A stretch of 64,000 nucleotides of DNA from positions 868,001 through 932,000 of the forward strand of contig CM068775.1 in NCBI GenBank assembly GCA_035084275.1, read 5' to 3'. Shown here piece by piece: positions 26,860-37,399 of the stretch (the stretch's first letter is position 1; each line of letters begins with the position of its first letter). The notes under the pieces were generated by a model. It ran no database searches and was not told the origin of the DNA. It saw only the letters and a list, made by a program, of their open reading frames with translations. The translations under genes were made by a program, and so were the position numbers. Source of the DNA: Hydrolagus colliei. Lineage: Eukaryota.

Positions 26860-28830
26860 AAATAGTCAATTCACTTTACCTCACAAACTGCCAGCAGTAT
26901 ATCTGCACAAACGCTTTTTCCTCCTGCTCTTACCCAGTTACCTGTGGGGTACCCCAGGGATCCATCCTTGGCCCCCTCCTCTTCCTCATTTACACGCTCC
27001 CTCTTGGGGATGTCATCCGCAGACATGGGGCACACTTCCACATGTACGCGGATGACAGCCAACTCTATCTCTCCACTTCACTTTGTGACCCCAGTCCCCT
27101 GATGTTTTGTCAGCCTGTCTGTCAGACATCAGGGGCTGGATGAACGCCAACTTCCAGCAGCTGAATGTCGACAAGATGGAGGCCATACTCCTTGGCAATC
27201 GTCCATGTCTCCATTCACACGGCTCTCAGCTCCTCCACCTTCCCGGCCTGGCCCCTAAATCTCTCCAAACCTGTGCGCAATCTTGGCATCAGGTTCGACC
27301 CCCAACTGTCCTTCCTCCCCCACATCCGGTCCATGACCAGCACTGCCTTCTATCACCTCCGACGGATCGCCCGTCTCCGGCAATACCTCACCACAAAAGC
27401 CGCTGAAACCTTGTTCCTCGCCTTTGTCACCTCTCAGCTGGACTATTGCAACACCCTCCTCGTCGGTCTCCCCTCGACCACAATCCACAAAATCCAGATA
27501 ATCCCAAACTCTGCTGCCTGCATACTCACCCGCTACAAGCTTCGCTGCCCGTTACCCCAGTCCTTGCCAGACTTCACTGGCTCCCAGTCCCAGAGAGGAT
27601 CGACTTCAAGATCCTCACCCTTGTACTCAAATCTCTCCACTCCTCTGCTCCTCCTTATCTCTCTGATCTCCGCTCTCCCCAAACCAGCACCCGCTGCCTT
27701 CACTCCACTGGGTCTGGCCTCCTCCATGTCCCCCCGAATTCTCCGCTCCACCCTCGGCAGCTGTGCCTTCAGCCACTACGCCCCGAGGCTCTTGAACTCC
27801 CTTCCTCACTCCCTTTGCCTCGTCCCCTCTCTTCCCAGTTTCAGGTCACAGCTGAAGACATTTCTCTTCGACCGAGTTTTTGTAGGGTCCGGCGATATAT
27901 CAATATATCGCTGAAACCCGATATAATTTTCATATCGATGCCGATATAGGCATTAAAAAAAATCAATATATCGAGGTAAAAAATCGGAATGCGCGCACAC
28001 TGAACTACAATACCCAGAATGCTCATCTCTATACACAATGCACAGACCGAGGTGCAAAGCCGCCATATTGTATTCATAGTCCTCGAATACAATATACAGG
28101 TACGCAAGGGGTTGGGGGGGAGAGCGATGGCTGGTGGGGGCTGGGGAGGGAGAGAGACAGCTGTGGGGGTGTTGTGGGTGGGGAGAGAGACGGCTGGTGG
28201 GGGGGTGGGGGTCGAGAGAGACGGCTGGTGGGAGGTGGGGGGGAGAGACAGAAGGCGGGGGCGGGGGGAGGGAGAGAGAGACGGCTGGGGGGTGGGAGGG
28301 AGACAGAGATGGCTGTGGGGTGTTGGGGGGGAGAGACAGAAGGCGGGGGGGGGGGGGAGGGAGAAAGAGACGGCTGGGGGGGTTTGGGGTGGAGGGATAA
28401 AGACGTCGGGGGCAGAGGAAGAGATGGGGTGGAGGTGATAATATACAGATAGATAGAGATGGGGGGGATATGAGAGAGACACAGAGATACAGACAGAAAA
28501 ACACAGAGATGGAGAAAGTGAGAGACGCTCAGAGAGAGAAAGATATTTACCTCCTGAGGAGATAGGCCTGGAATGCGCGCGCACCCTGTATGCACGCGCA
28601 CCCAGAATACGCGCTGCGCGCGCATGCGCAGTATGAAAATCCCGAAAATAACGATATTTTGGTATATCTCGATATGAGCCGATCGATATATCTAAATCGG
28701 AAAATTTCCATAGCGACGGACCCGATGCTTTCTGCCCCTGCCTCTGGCTTGGTGCCAGGATCTGCTATTGTGAAGCGCTCTGAGACACTGTCCAGCGTGG
28801 AGGGCTCTATATAAATCGAAGTTGTTGTTG
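26860..28830 (+). mobile_element. L2 LINE 3' fragment interrupted by the element at 27883-28725
   Basis: YADDSQL at ~27045. The 3' UTR resumes at 28726 and ends tatataaat..(gtt)n. Confidence 0.85.
27883..28725. mobile_element. Non-autonomous DNA transposon (hAT-like MITE) with internal G-rich minisatellite
   Basis: Imperfect 15-bp TIRs (TAGGGTCCGGCGATA versus reverse complement TCGGGTCCGTCGCTA), many subterminal ATATCG/CGATAT motifs, CpG-rich. No clear TSD. Confidence 0.6.
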
Positions 28831-29792
28831 TTGTACAGTATATTCTGTGAAATGCTTTGAGTCATCCAGAAGATGTGAAAAGCGCTATAGCTAATGTAAT
28901 ATTTCTTATTATAAACAGCTGGATCTCCTACACTGCAGCTGTGCTATGTAGAGTTTACTATTTGTTTATTCAAATAAAATCTGTGTATTTTTGGCAGATC
29001 AGTTGGTGTAAAACAGGAAACTGATGATTATAAAGCAGCAACGACCTCTTGTGTCTCTGTGCACTGTTAGGAAGCCTCATTCCATTGCTGTTAAAATCAA
29101 TTGAAATGAAGTCTGAACTCTGACTGTCGCTGACTGAAATAGTGACTGGTGTGTGGGGCAGCTGAGGGAATGAGACTGTGAGCAACACATTAATGCCAAT
29201 ATCAATTAAAATAAAAACCTTCACTATTATTTCTGTAATATCTGAGCAGATTGAGTGGCTGTATTTTCAATGAGATTCCCAACAGTAAAAACCCACTTTA
29301 CTCTCAGACTCACCCCCTCCCCCAGATCAGCCTCTTTAAACTGCAGCCACTTTCCTTATATTAAATAACGGATTGAAATACATATTAGAACCGATCAGAT
29401 AACCTTCCAGTCGCTCATCCCACAACATTCAGGCTCTGATTCCCAACATGTGGGCAAAGTTTCAAACACTTTTATACAATTCCTGATTATACCCCAAAAT
29501 CAGCAGCCGCCAGTCACCGTGATCAGACATTGCAGAAAGTCCATCAGTGTAACTTCAGCTGTACAGTCACTAACCACCACAAATATCACCAGCAATGAAC
29601 TAAACATGGACAGAATAATCCTTAAATCAACAGTGGCTGTTGAAAGCAATAGCAGTGAAATGAATTTAACTTGCACTAAACTCTGAGATAGCCCTGGCAA
29701 CTCACAGGTCATTAAATTAAATAGCTGTTAAAGAGAATAAAATAAACATATAAATCCAAACTCAGCATTGTGAGTGAGTGTTTGTTTCTTAC

Positions 29793-29840
29793 CGTTAGTC
29801 ACTGTCACCATGGTGCCTTGTCCCCAGCAGTCAAGGTAGT
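29793..29840 (-). CDS. IgH JH gene segment
   Basis: Minus strand reads YLDCWGQGTMVTVTN+G (WGxG motif), followed by donor |gtaaga. Confidence 0.92.
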
Positions 29841-29879
29841 CACAGTGCTACAGTCAGTGTGCTGATCACTGCAATAACC
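29841..29879 (-). promoter_or_regulatory. 23-bp-spacer RSS 5' of JH
   Basis: Plus strand: CACAGTG (29841-47), 23-nt spacer, GCAATAACC (29871-79). Confidence 0.9.
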
Positions 29880-30218
29880 TGCTGTGAGGGCCGGCCACAC
29901 AAACACCTTATTATTGTAAATGGTGATTTCCCCAAACTGAATACCGGGAACCGTATAGTTCTGTAATGTTCTGAAAACAATTGCACAGCTCTGTGTTTAG
30001 CTGTTAAATGTTTGTATCTTTGCCAGTTTGCAATGTTCCTGTCAAACACCTTCACTTGTCACCCACAGATTCAAGATTATATTTTATGTTTTTATGTCGA
30101 TTAAAATCTGGTAAAATCCTCAGTGTTAGGCCCCATTATAAACATATCAAATCTCCTCACGTTAATTGGAACCCACACACGTCAGCAGTGGGAGAGATTA
30201 TCTGGTTTGGTGTTCAAG

Positions 30219-30285
30219 GGTTTTTGTATTGACAGTTAATGCTGTGAGCCCCGTATACACAGTGACACAGTCCCATACACATACT
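30219..30285 (-). other. DH segment (J-proximal) flanked by two 12-bp RSSs
   Basis: Plus strand: GGTTTTTGT (30219-27), 12 nt, TGCTGTG (30240-46), coding AGCCCCGTATA (30247-57; minus TATACGGGGCT), CACAGTG (30258-64), 12 nt, ACACATACT (30277-85). Confidence 0.85.
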
Positions 30286-30427
30286 GACCTCAGTGTCTGC
30301 TCTATACTGGCTGCCAACATTCACTGAAATGGACTATTTTCCTGTGGCATGGCACAGAGTCTGTCTAACACTTTCTTCACAGCCACAGAAACAGAAAACA
30401 AATATGTCCAACAGCTGGTAAAAAGAG

Positions 30428-30514
30428 GATATTTGTGAACTGTCATCTAGTCAGTCTCCAATCGCAGTGCTTCCCGCCTCAAACAGCACAGTGTCACATA
30501 CCAGATGAAATCAC
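30428..30514 (-). other. Probable V-proximal DH segment with degenerate RSSs
   Basis: Coding 30470-86 (minus CTGTTTGAGGCGGGAAG). V-facing side has CACAGTG (30487-93) with only a weak nonamer at 12 nt. J-facing side has minus CACTGCG and ACAAATATC 26 nt away. It sits where D1 is expected, between VH and D2. Confidence 0.5.
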
Positions 30515-30694
30515 AGAATATTACAGCACAAATAAGCAGCTCATTCACCCCCCATCAAACCACCGTTCACTGTATTGGTTTGGAATGATAAGAAATCCAT
30601 CTAAGCTTTTCCTTTAATCTTTGCTACAGACACAGCATTGACACCATAACTGCCCTTCAGTTTAGGGTGGGAGGGGCTGCCTTTCCTCCCCTCG

Positions 30695-30733
30695 TGTATT
30701 TGTAGGAGACCAGCCCAGTTGCCTCTCACTGCG
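30695..30733 (-). promoter_or_regulatory. 23-bp-spacer RSS of VH1 with mutated heptamer
   Basis: Minus strand: CGCAGTG (30733-27), 23-nt spacer, ACAAATACA (30703-30695). Confidence 0.85.
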
Positions 30734-31045
30734 AGTCACTTGCACAGTAAGAGATGGCGGTGTTGTGAACTGTTGGGCTTTTGATGTTCAGATCGATGAT
30801 GTTATTGGAATTATTACTGTTAACAGTGACACGGCTTTGAATGTCAGGTGTGTAACGACTGTTGGACGCAGATGTGTACGAAATGTAGAGCAGCCATTCC
30901 AGCCACTTCCCAGGAACCTGCCAGACCCAGTTCATGCCATATTTGCTGAGATCAAACCCGCTGGTTCTACAGGTGAGTCTCAGGGCCTGGCCAGGCTTCC
31001 CGGTTAGAGACGATGGCTGTGTCAGCACCACATCGGCCTGGACAC
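30734..31045 (-). pseudogene. IgM-type VH segment (VH1), open frame but probably non-functional
   Basis: Acceptor ttctttacag|. [53 protein letters not shown]. Non-canonical WVWQ, GKWLEW and SYC, a defective heptamer and an LTR in the leader donor. Confidence 0.85.
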
Positions 31046-31166
31046 CTGTAAAGAACAAATGACCGAACATTAATTATTGTGAGATATCCCGGCTCTGTGA
31101 CATTGCAGAGAGAATCACAGCCACACACACACACAGTCAGACTTGTCCCAATAATAGAACTCACGG

Positions 31167-31833
31167 TGTGAAACTGGTTCGTTTCAGTATCTTGGTTGGT
31201 GGTTCTGTTCACAAATATGTGACTCGGGTGTGTAGTTCAACAACGTTTATTAAGCGTTTGCAAAGCGGTGTACACCTTAGGTACAGACTCTCGTCCGTCT
31301 ACTCCAAGTGCACACACAGAGCAACCTTTACATGGGTAGTTATATATTTTTCGCCACATGACTCATGCCGGGCTATAAACAACATGGTCTTGCAACTGCA
31401 TCATAAAAACATCGTAGCCTTGTAGTCAATGAGACATAAGCCAGCTATAGCGTACAATAATAAGATATGCCTAGAGCTTTCTAATAACAAGATAGGCCTC
31501 GAAGCCTGGAGCTTACAATAACATCATAACCTTGTAGTAAAATATGATAAACAATAATATCATAGCCTTGTAGTAAAATATGATAAACAAGCCTAGAGCT
31601 TTCTATGCAAAAACAAGGCAGTATAGGCGTCAGTTTACACAAACAACCGAACAATGGTATGTCCGCCAGACACAATAACACAAAACCATGGTATGTCTTA
31701 AAAGTCATAACATCGCTCCTGTTTTCCTCTTATTGCTAAACAGGCTCATGAGTGCTGACCAAAGGTTAAGGAAAGCATAGTGCAGGTTTACAGATAACTA
31801 GTATGTGTACAAGTCAGACGAGCTGACGTCTCA
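31167..31833 (-). mobile_element. Solo LTR inserted at the VH1 leader splice donor
   Basis: 667 bp with TG...CA termini and near-identical 4-bp flanks (acgg 31163-66, acgc 31834-37). Absent from the equivalent site in VH2 and VH3. Minus-strand TATATAA (~31345), AATAAA (~31248) and an internal ~40-bp direct repeat (~31520-31590). Confidence 0.75.
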
Positions 31834-31835
31834 AC

Positions 31836-31881
31836 GCGAGAAGACAGCCAGCAACAGACTGAGAGATATCAGGGACCTCAT
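31836..31881 (-). CDS. VH1 leader exon
   Basis: MRSLISLSLLLAVFS+C (46 nt), a typical shark IgM-type leader. Donor is now c|gttgag because of the LTR insertion. Confidence 0.85.
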
Positions 31882-31976
31882 GTTTCTGGGCAATTGTCAG
31901 AACTGACCCTTGAGCCCAATAACCGAGGGACAAAGATCTGCCGGATGGACAGATGGCCTCAGTCCCCAGTGACCGC

Positions 31977-31983
31977 TATTTAA
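31977..31983 (-). promoter_or_regulatory. TATA-like box of the VH promoter
   Basis: TTAAATA ~96 bp upstream of the leader ATG, at the same position upstream of VH2 and VH3. Confidence 0.45.
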
Positions 31984-32526
31984 CAAGGGGCAGTGGGGCC
32001 AGATGTTTGGAGAATGGACCAACAGCTACAGGACTGAGGGGAGTCACGCCTCACATTCCCTCTGACCTGCACAGATCAATAATTGTGCCCTTTACATTCG
32101 GCATTGACAGCAACTTCATTTTTGAATATGAATTCAAATTCATAAGTGTCAATGGTATTAGCCCCAGCACTGACCCTGAAGCCTTGTGGATTGTTTTGTT
32201 TAACGTATGTGTGTGTATGTGTTTGTGTGTATTTCTATGCTAGTGAGTGACTGTGTGTGTGTCTATGCTTGTGTCTTTGTGTAGTAGAGCAATAAGTCCA
32301 ACACATATCTGCGGGAACACAATTTCACTGAGCTACTGTTAAAGTTAAGTAGATGTTGGAAGCAGATTGTTTTACCAAATCAATGAGATATATTGATTGT
32401 GTGATACAGTATATTGTTTAGGACATGGCATGTGTGTGTGACAGCCAGGATGGTGGAAGGCAATCCAGATGGACCGTGGTATTTTGACGTGCTGCAATTC
32501 TTATTCTTATAAACCTGATCTTATAA

Positions 32527-32905
32527 ACCTAATAGAGGTTTATAAGATCATGAGGGGTTTCGACAGGGCAAATAGAGAAAAACTATTTCCACTCGTGGGT
32601 GAATCTGTGACTCGTGGTCACAGATTTAAAATAGTTTCAAGGCGCAGTAGAGGGGAGCTGAGGAGAAATTTTTTCACTCAGCGAGTTGTTCGAATCTGGA
32701 ATGCATTGCCTGAAAAGGTGGTGGAGGCTGATTCGATAACAACTTTTAAAAGGGAATTAGATCTTTATTTAGGAAGAACGGGTCTATTAGGCTATGGGGA
32801 GCGGGCAGGGCAATGGGATTGAATCGCTCTTTTCAAAGAGCCGGCACAGACTAGATGGGCCGAATGGCCTCCTTTTGTGCCGTAAAATTCTATGATTCTA
32901 TGATT
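32527..32905 (+). mobile_element. Short CR1 3' fragment specific to unit A
   Basis: LIEVYKIMRGFDRANREK.. matches the young CR1 family. Absent at the equivalent sites in units B and C. Confidence 0.9.
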
Positions 32906-33780
32906 TATAATAATAATTGTTAATATCATAAACCTTGCATTTGAAACAATACCTCATTACATTGATGAATCATCTCAAGGAACATCACAGAATGAATTGT
33001 AAAGGTAGTGACTGTGTATTTTGTGAGCAATAATTAATATTGTGACTTAATTAAAATATGTATTATTTCCTGTGGTTTAGCGATGTTCTGATCTGTAGAT
33101 TATCCCCTGTTTACTGCTCTTGCAATCCTGATTTCACATCACATATGGGAATGAAGGTGTGAATCCTCTTGTTACCTCTACTGGCATTTTTATGTGGATA
33201 TATTAATGTTAAAAAAATTATAATTGTATGATTTTTTAATATTTATATTAAAATAAACTTGTTATGTTCCTGGCAATTTTAATCTTGTTGTTTCTATTTG
33301 ATCACTTCTCAATGTGTTTTCCATTTACTCCTACTTCACTCTCTGTTCTCTTACCATTGAGGAGGTTTATCTTATTGTCTGTGTCAGTATCAACCATGCC
33401 CACGATATTTATCTCTGGATTGGAAGATAATGGGAATGAATTCAGCCTTCAGTCCACTTATAATAATAATCCTCTCTGTTCTCAGTCCCTGCGTTTACTG
33501 TAATCACAAGCTTGATTGGTTATGAAATAGTGCAATGGTGGTGAACGGTTTGATGTGGCGGCTCATGATTTCAAGCCAGACATGAAATGTTCTCTTGGGG
33601 TGAGAAGCCAGGTGGGGAGGGCTGCTGGTGCAGTGGGAGCCCAGTGTAATGTCAGACCAGTCACACTCCTTCAGGACAAGGGGGAGAAGGAAACTGGGAA
33701 GAAATAACTTGAGGCTTGAATCAGAAATGGTTTCAGTCATTTATTATTATTTTATTATCTTGATGGATTATTACCAGACG

Positions 33781-34300
33781 TGTGGAGTAAGAAAACTTGC
33801 CCAAGGTTTTTGCACTACCAGGAATCAAACCTTGGTCACTGGCTTGCGAGATGAGTGCAGTTGAGTGTGTACCCCTGAGCTATAGGACTCCACACTGAGA
33901 CATGAGGATCCACCACTGATTCCTGAATTCTGCTTTGGGCACTGGATCTGGAACCTGTACAAGATCTACAAGGCCTCCTATCTTACAGCAAACCTGTCAG
34001 AGCACAACATCAATCCCACACGTCAGGAAACTAATTACAGTGGAGTCCTGTAGCTCAATAGTTAGAGCCCTCGACTTTCAAACGAGTGACCTATGTTTCA
34101 ATTCCAGGCAAGGTGATGGCTTGGGCAAGTTTCCTTAATCCACATAATGCATCCCAAAGAAACCGAAAAATAAATTGGTCATTTCAATCCAAGACTATTT
34201 TGGGATACTGCTGTTTGCAATTGGCTGCCGCGTTTCGCTGACAAATATGGAGTCAATCCAGTTTACAGTATATTCCTTGAGACACAGTCTGGAAGTCCAC
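33781..34300. mobile_element. Head-to-head pair of tRNA-derived SINEs (repeated at ~46440-46860 and ~56390-56900)
   Basis: Minus head 33781-33893, plus head 34042-34144 (ggagtcctgtagctcaa..gtttcaattcc), followed by Deu-like core gcaattggctgccgcgtttc. Confidence 0.7.
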
Positions 34301-37300
34301 AAACCTGGGTTTCATTCAAGTCAGTGCAAAACGTTAGACAAGATTCCTTCCTCCACACGCTTGATAATAATACCTCACAAAATAACTCTGTCTACGGCCT
34401 CCTGAGTCTGTTCACTCCATAAAAAGTGTGATTGCAAAGAGTTGCATTCTGACAGTGGCATCTAGTGATAGCATATCTGAACAGTGGCCAGTTAATATTT
34501 TCCAGTGTATCGCTGGTGTAATGTGGCACAGATGTACAGACTAAATACCCAGAAAATAACATGCAGCACATCCTACACTGAGCTTGTGATATGAATTTTT
34601 ATCACCTGAATGTGCCTGTCAACACATTTTTTGTTTCGCCTTTAGTATTTTTAGCTTTTAAAATATCAATAAGAGATGCTGGCTTTACATATCAACCAAG
34701 AGAAATATGGAAGTATTTACATATTGTTTGGGGTTTATTTTTCATACTTACAATTCAAGACTTTGAGTTGACAGGAAATTCAGAGGAGTCTACAGATGTT
34801 ATGGAACAGATGTTTAAGTTGCAGATCAGCTCATTTGCAAAACCCTACACAAGATGCTGCTGTTTGTATCTAAAGTCTTCTTGCTGGAAAGACGCATTCA
34901 AGCTGCCTTTAGGTGGGGCAGAAACTCACAGCACAATTGTCAGGAAGCAGCTGTGATTGTCTGCAGTCAATCAGTGATCAGCTTCCTGCCCTCACACCAC
35001 AGAGCCCACAGCCTGACCTTTCATACATTATTGCCCTTCACTCCAACAGCAACAACAACAGCAGCTGTCAGGTCATCTCAAGTGGCTGTGATTGGTAAAT
35101 CAGTAATGGTAGAATAAAAAGTAATATTAATAGATAAAATGTGTTCAATCATAGAATTAAACAGCACTGGAGGAGGCCATTCAGCCCATTGTGTCTGAAT
35201 GCCTCTCTCCTTTACAAATCTATCAATCTCAGTCTTCACCATATACACAATGACCATTGGGAGGGCTCCTGTGGGAGGACTCTGTGCTTTAAAGATGTCA
35301 TTTTGTTGTTGTTGTCACTGTTGAGATTTGTCTGTGCAGGACGCCACAGCGCCACAGTCAGCGGGTGTGGCCACCAGGTGTAACTGCAGTGTGTGCCCAC
35401 AGTATGTGCTCTGTGATGCCCGGTGTCACAGACACACTTTTACTGGGCGGCCACCACAACAACAAAGTGACATTATAGAGAACATTTCATATCGGGAGGA
35501 CGTCCCAAGGGGCTGAACAGTCAGGTCAGGACCTGAGCCAATGTAGTGGGAAGGGGCTGGACTGAGTTCAAAGGGACAGGAGAGAGTTAAGACAGGAGGG
35601 AGAGAGTTAGGAGGGGTGGGATAGAGTTGGGAGAGCAGCAGAAGACACATTCAGTGGACAGGCTTGAGATCGGCCTTGAAGGAGGTGTGCGAGGGAGCGA
35701 GTTGAAGGGACTCTGGGAATGGGTTCCAGAGTGAGGGGGAAGAGAGGCTTTAAGGCCAACCACCTATGGTAGAGCATGACAGGTGAGGGATATGGAGCAG
35801 GCTGGAGCCTGCTGAATGTAGGGCAGGGCAGATTCATAGTATGTCACAAAGATAGGAGGGGAAAGTCCATGAATGGCCTTGAAATTGAGGCTGAGGAACT
35901 TGAACTAGATCCTCTGGGGGATGGGGAGCCAATGGAGCCGGGCGAGGTGATGTGGTCGTGGATCTTGGTGCGGGTGTAACTTCAGTAAAAAACACCAAAC
36001 ATGAAAATAATAACATAAGAAATAAGACCAGGTGTAGGCTACTCAGCCACTCAAGCCTGTTTTACTACATAATAAGATCATGGCTGATCTACTAACCCAA
36101 TTCCCTTTACCATTCCTATCCTGATATCCCTAAATCCCTCTTTCCTTTACAAATCTATCAATCTCAACCTTCAATATATTCAAGGATTGAGCATCCACAG
36201 CCTCCTGTGGTAGAGAATTCCACGGTCACAGTCAAGCAGGACCTGAATCATGATCAGAACCAGCGCCTGGAGCGTCTCACAGGCAAGGAGGACCTGTGGC
36301 CAGGCTGACCCGAGGCTTTGGCCACTTTATCATTGTGGATTTCAACCTCAATGGCCACAAGAACCAACGCGAGGCCTGAGGCCGCAAAGATGACCAGGGA
36401 CTCACCCTCGGCTGGTCTGAAGCACCATCACCACAATCACTGAATCACTGAGGCCTCAACCAACCGGAAACCGACAGCCGTGTGATGTCATCACACCCAC
36501 TTCATTAGAATTTCCCAGCCCTGGACTCACTGAGAAAACAGCCGTTATGATCCACACCAGCCCAGAGGGCAAACCCTGCCTCACTGACAACCACCGCCCA
36601 CCTCTCCCCCACCCTCCAACACTGTCTGATCCTAGTCATAGCACTGCTTCCCCAAAATGCTCTTGTCCCTGTCCCCCACAATCCACTATTCCCAATCTAA
36701 CCTCCTCTCCCTCCAACAGCTCTGATTCCTATTATTGCTTGACCTTTCCACAGCCTTCCTCTGACCCACTCTTCAAATTCTCCATTGCGCTCACCATGGC
36801 AGATGCCACCGGCTGTCCGACTGCAGCCACCCTGACTAAGCCATCCCACACTCTGTAACTCCAGCTGTGCTCCCAATTCTCTGCCTCCTCTTGCCTCTAT
36901 CCCACCCCTCCCTTGTGCTTGGTTCCCGAATGCTGACTGTTCAGTGCCTTGTGACGTCCTTGCGACATGAAAGGCTCTTTATCAATTTAATATTGTTGTC
37001 ACTGTTACTACATTTGGAAGGAAACAGTACATCATCTCCTGATAATGTAAGGGTTAGTTAGTCCTGTGATGTCCTGGTGAAATACAGAATGACACAAGTG
37101 TTGTACAGAAAAACATGAATGTGAATTCAGATTAGTAATATTTATAACTAATTAAAAGTATACATCACAACAATGCTTCAGTAATGACCCACAGCTCACA
37201 ATGATTTATGTTCAACAAACCAATGTTGCCAAAGAGATGGAGGAATAATGTGCAATTTATGTTTAATTTAATGTCCACCAAAAGGTATTCAGGCACAGCA

Positions 37301-37399
37301 GCCCTTTCAATCAGCAAAACAATATCCCAGTACAACAGCACTGTTACATAGTTTGGGAGCATCAGTAAACGTGTTGACAGTTTTCTAAGGCTTAACAAC

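Noticed and set aside
27841-28625. Pro-rich and Gly-rich ORFs up to 247 aa
   Set aside because: Arise from the G-rich minisatellite; no domain signature.
23880-29790. Unique sequence downstream of JH searched for CH1 or TCR C exons
   Set aside because: No ORF with C1-set Cys/Trp spacing was found by eye; heavily degenerate remnants cannot be excluded.
31882-32200. Ig octamer (ATGCAAAT) in the VH promoter
   Set aside because: Not present in the proximal upstream region of any of the three copies.
34042-34144. tRNA-like sequences here and at ~21516, 43905, 44615, 46695 and 56641
   Set aside because: A/B-box-like heads run into a shared gggcaagtttccttactccac body and Deu/L2-type tail, with no consistent cloverleaf or anticodon. 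These are SINE heads, not tRNA genes.
35328-35516. Identical 62-aa ORF in units A and C (57710-57898)
   Set aside because: Non-ATG start and the 3' part runs into an L2/SINE tail. Identity reflects the DNA island reported above, not demonstrated coding.
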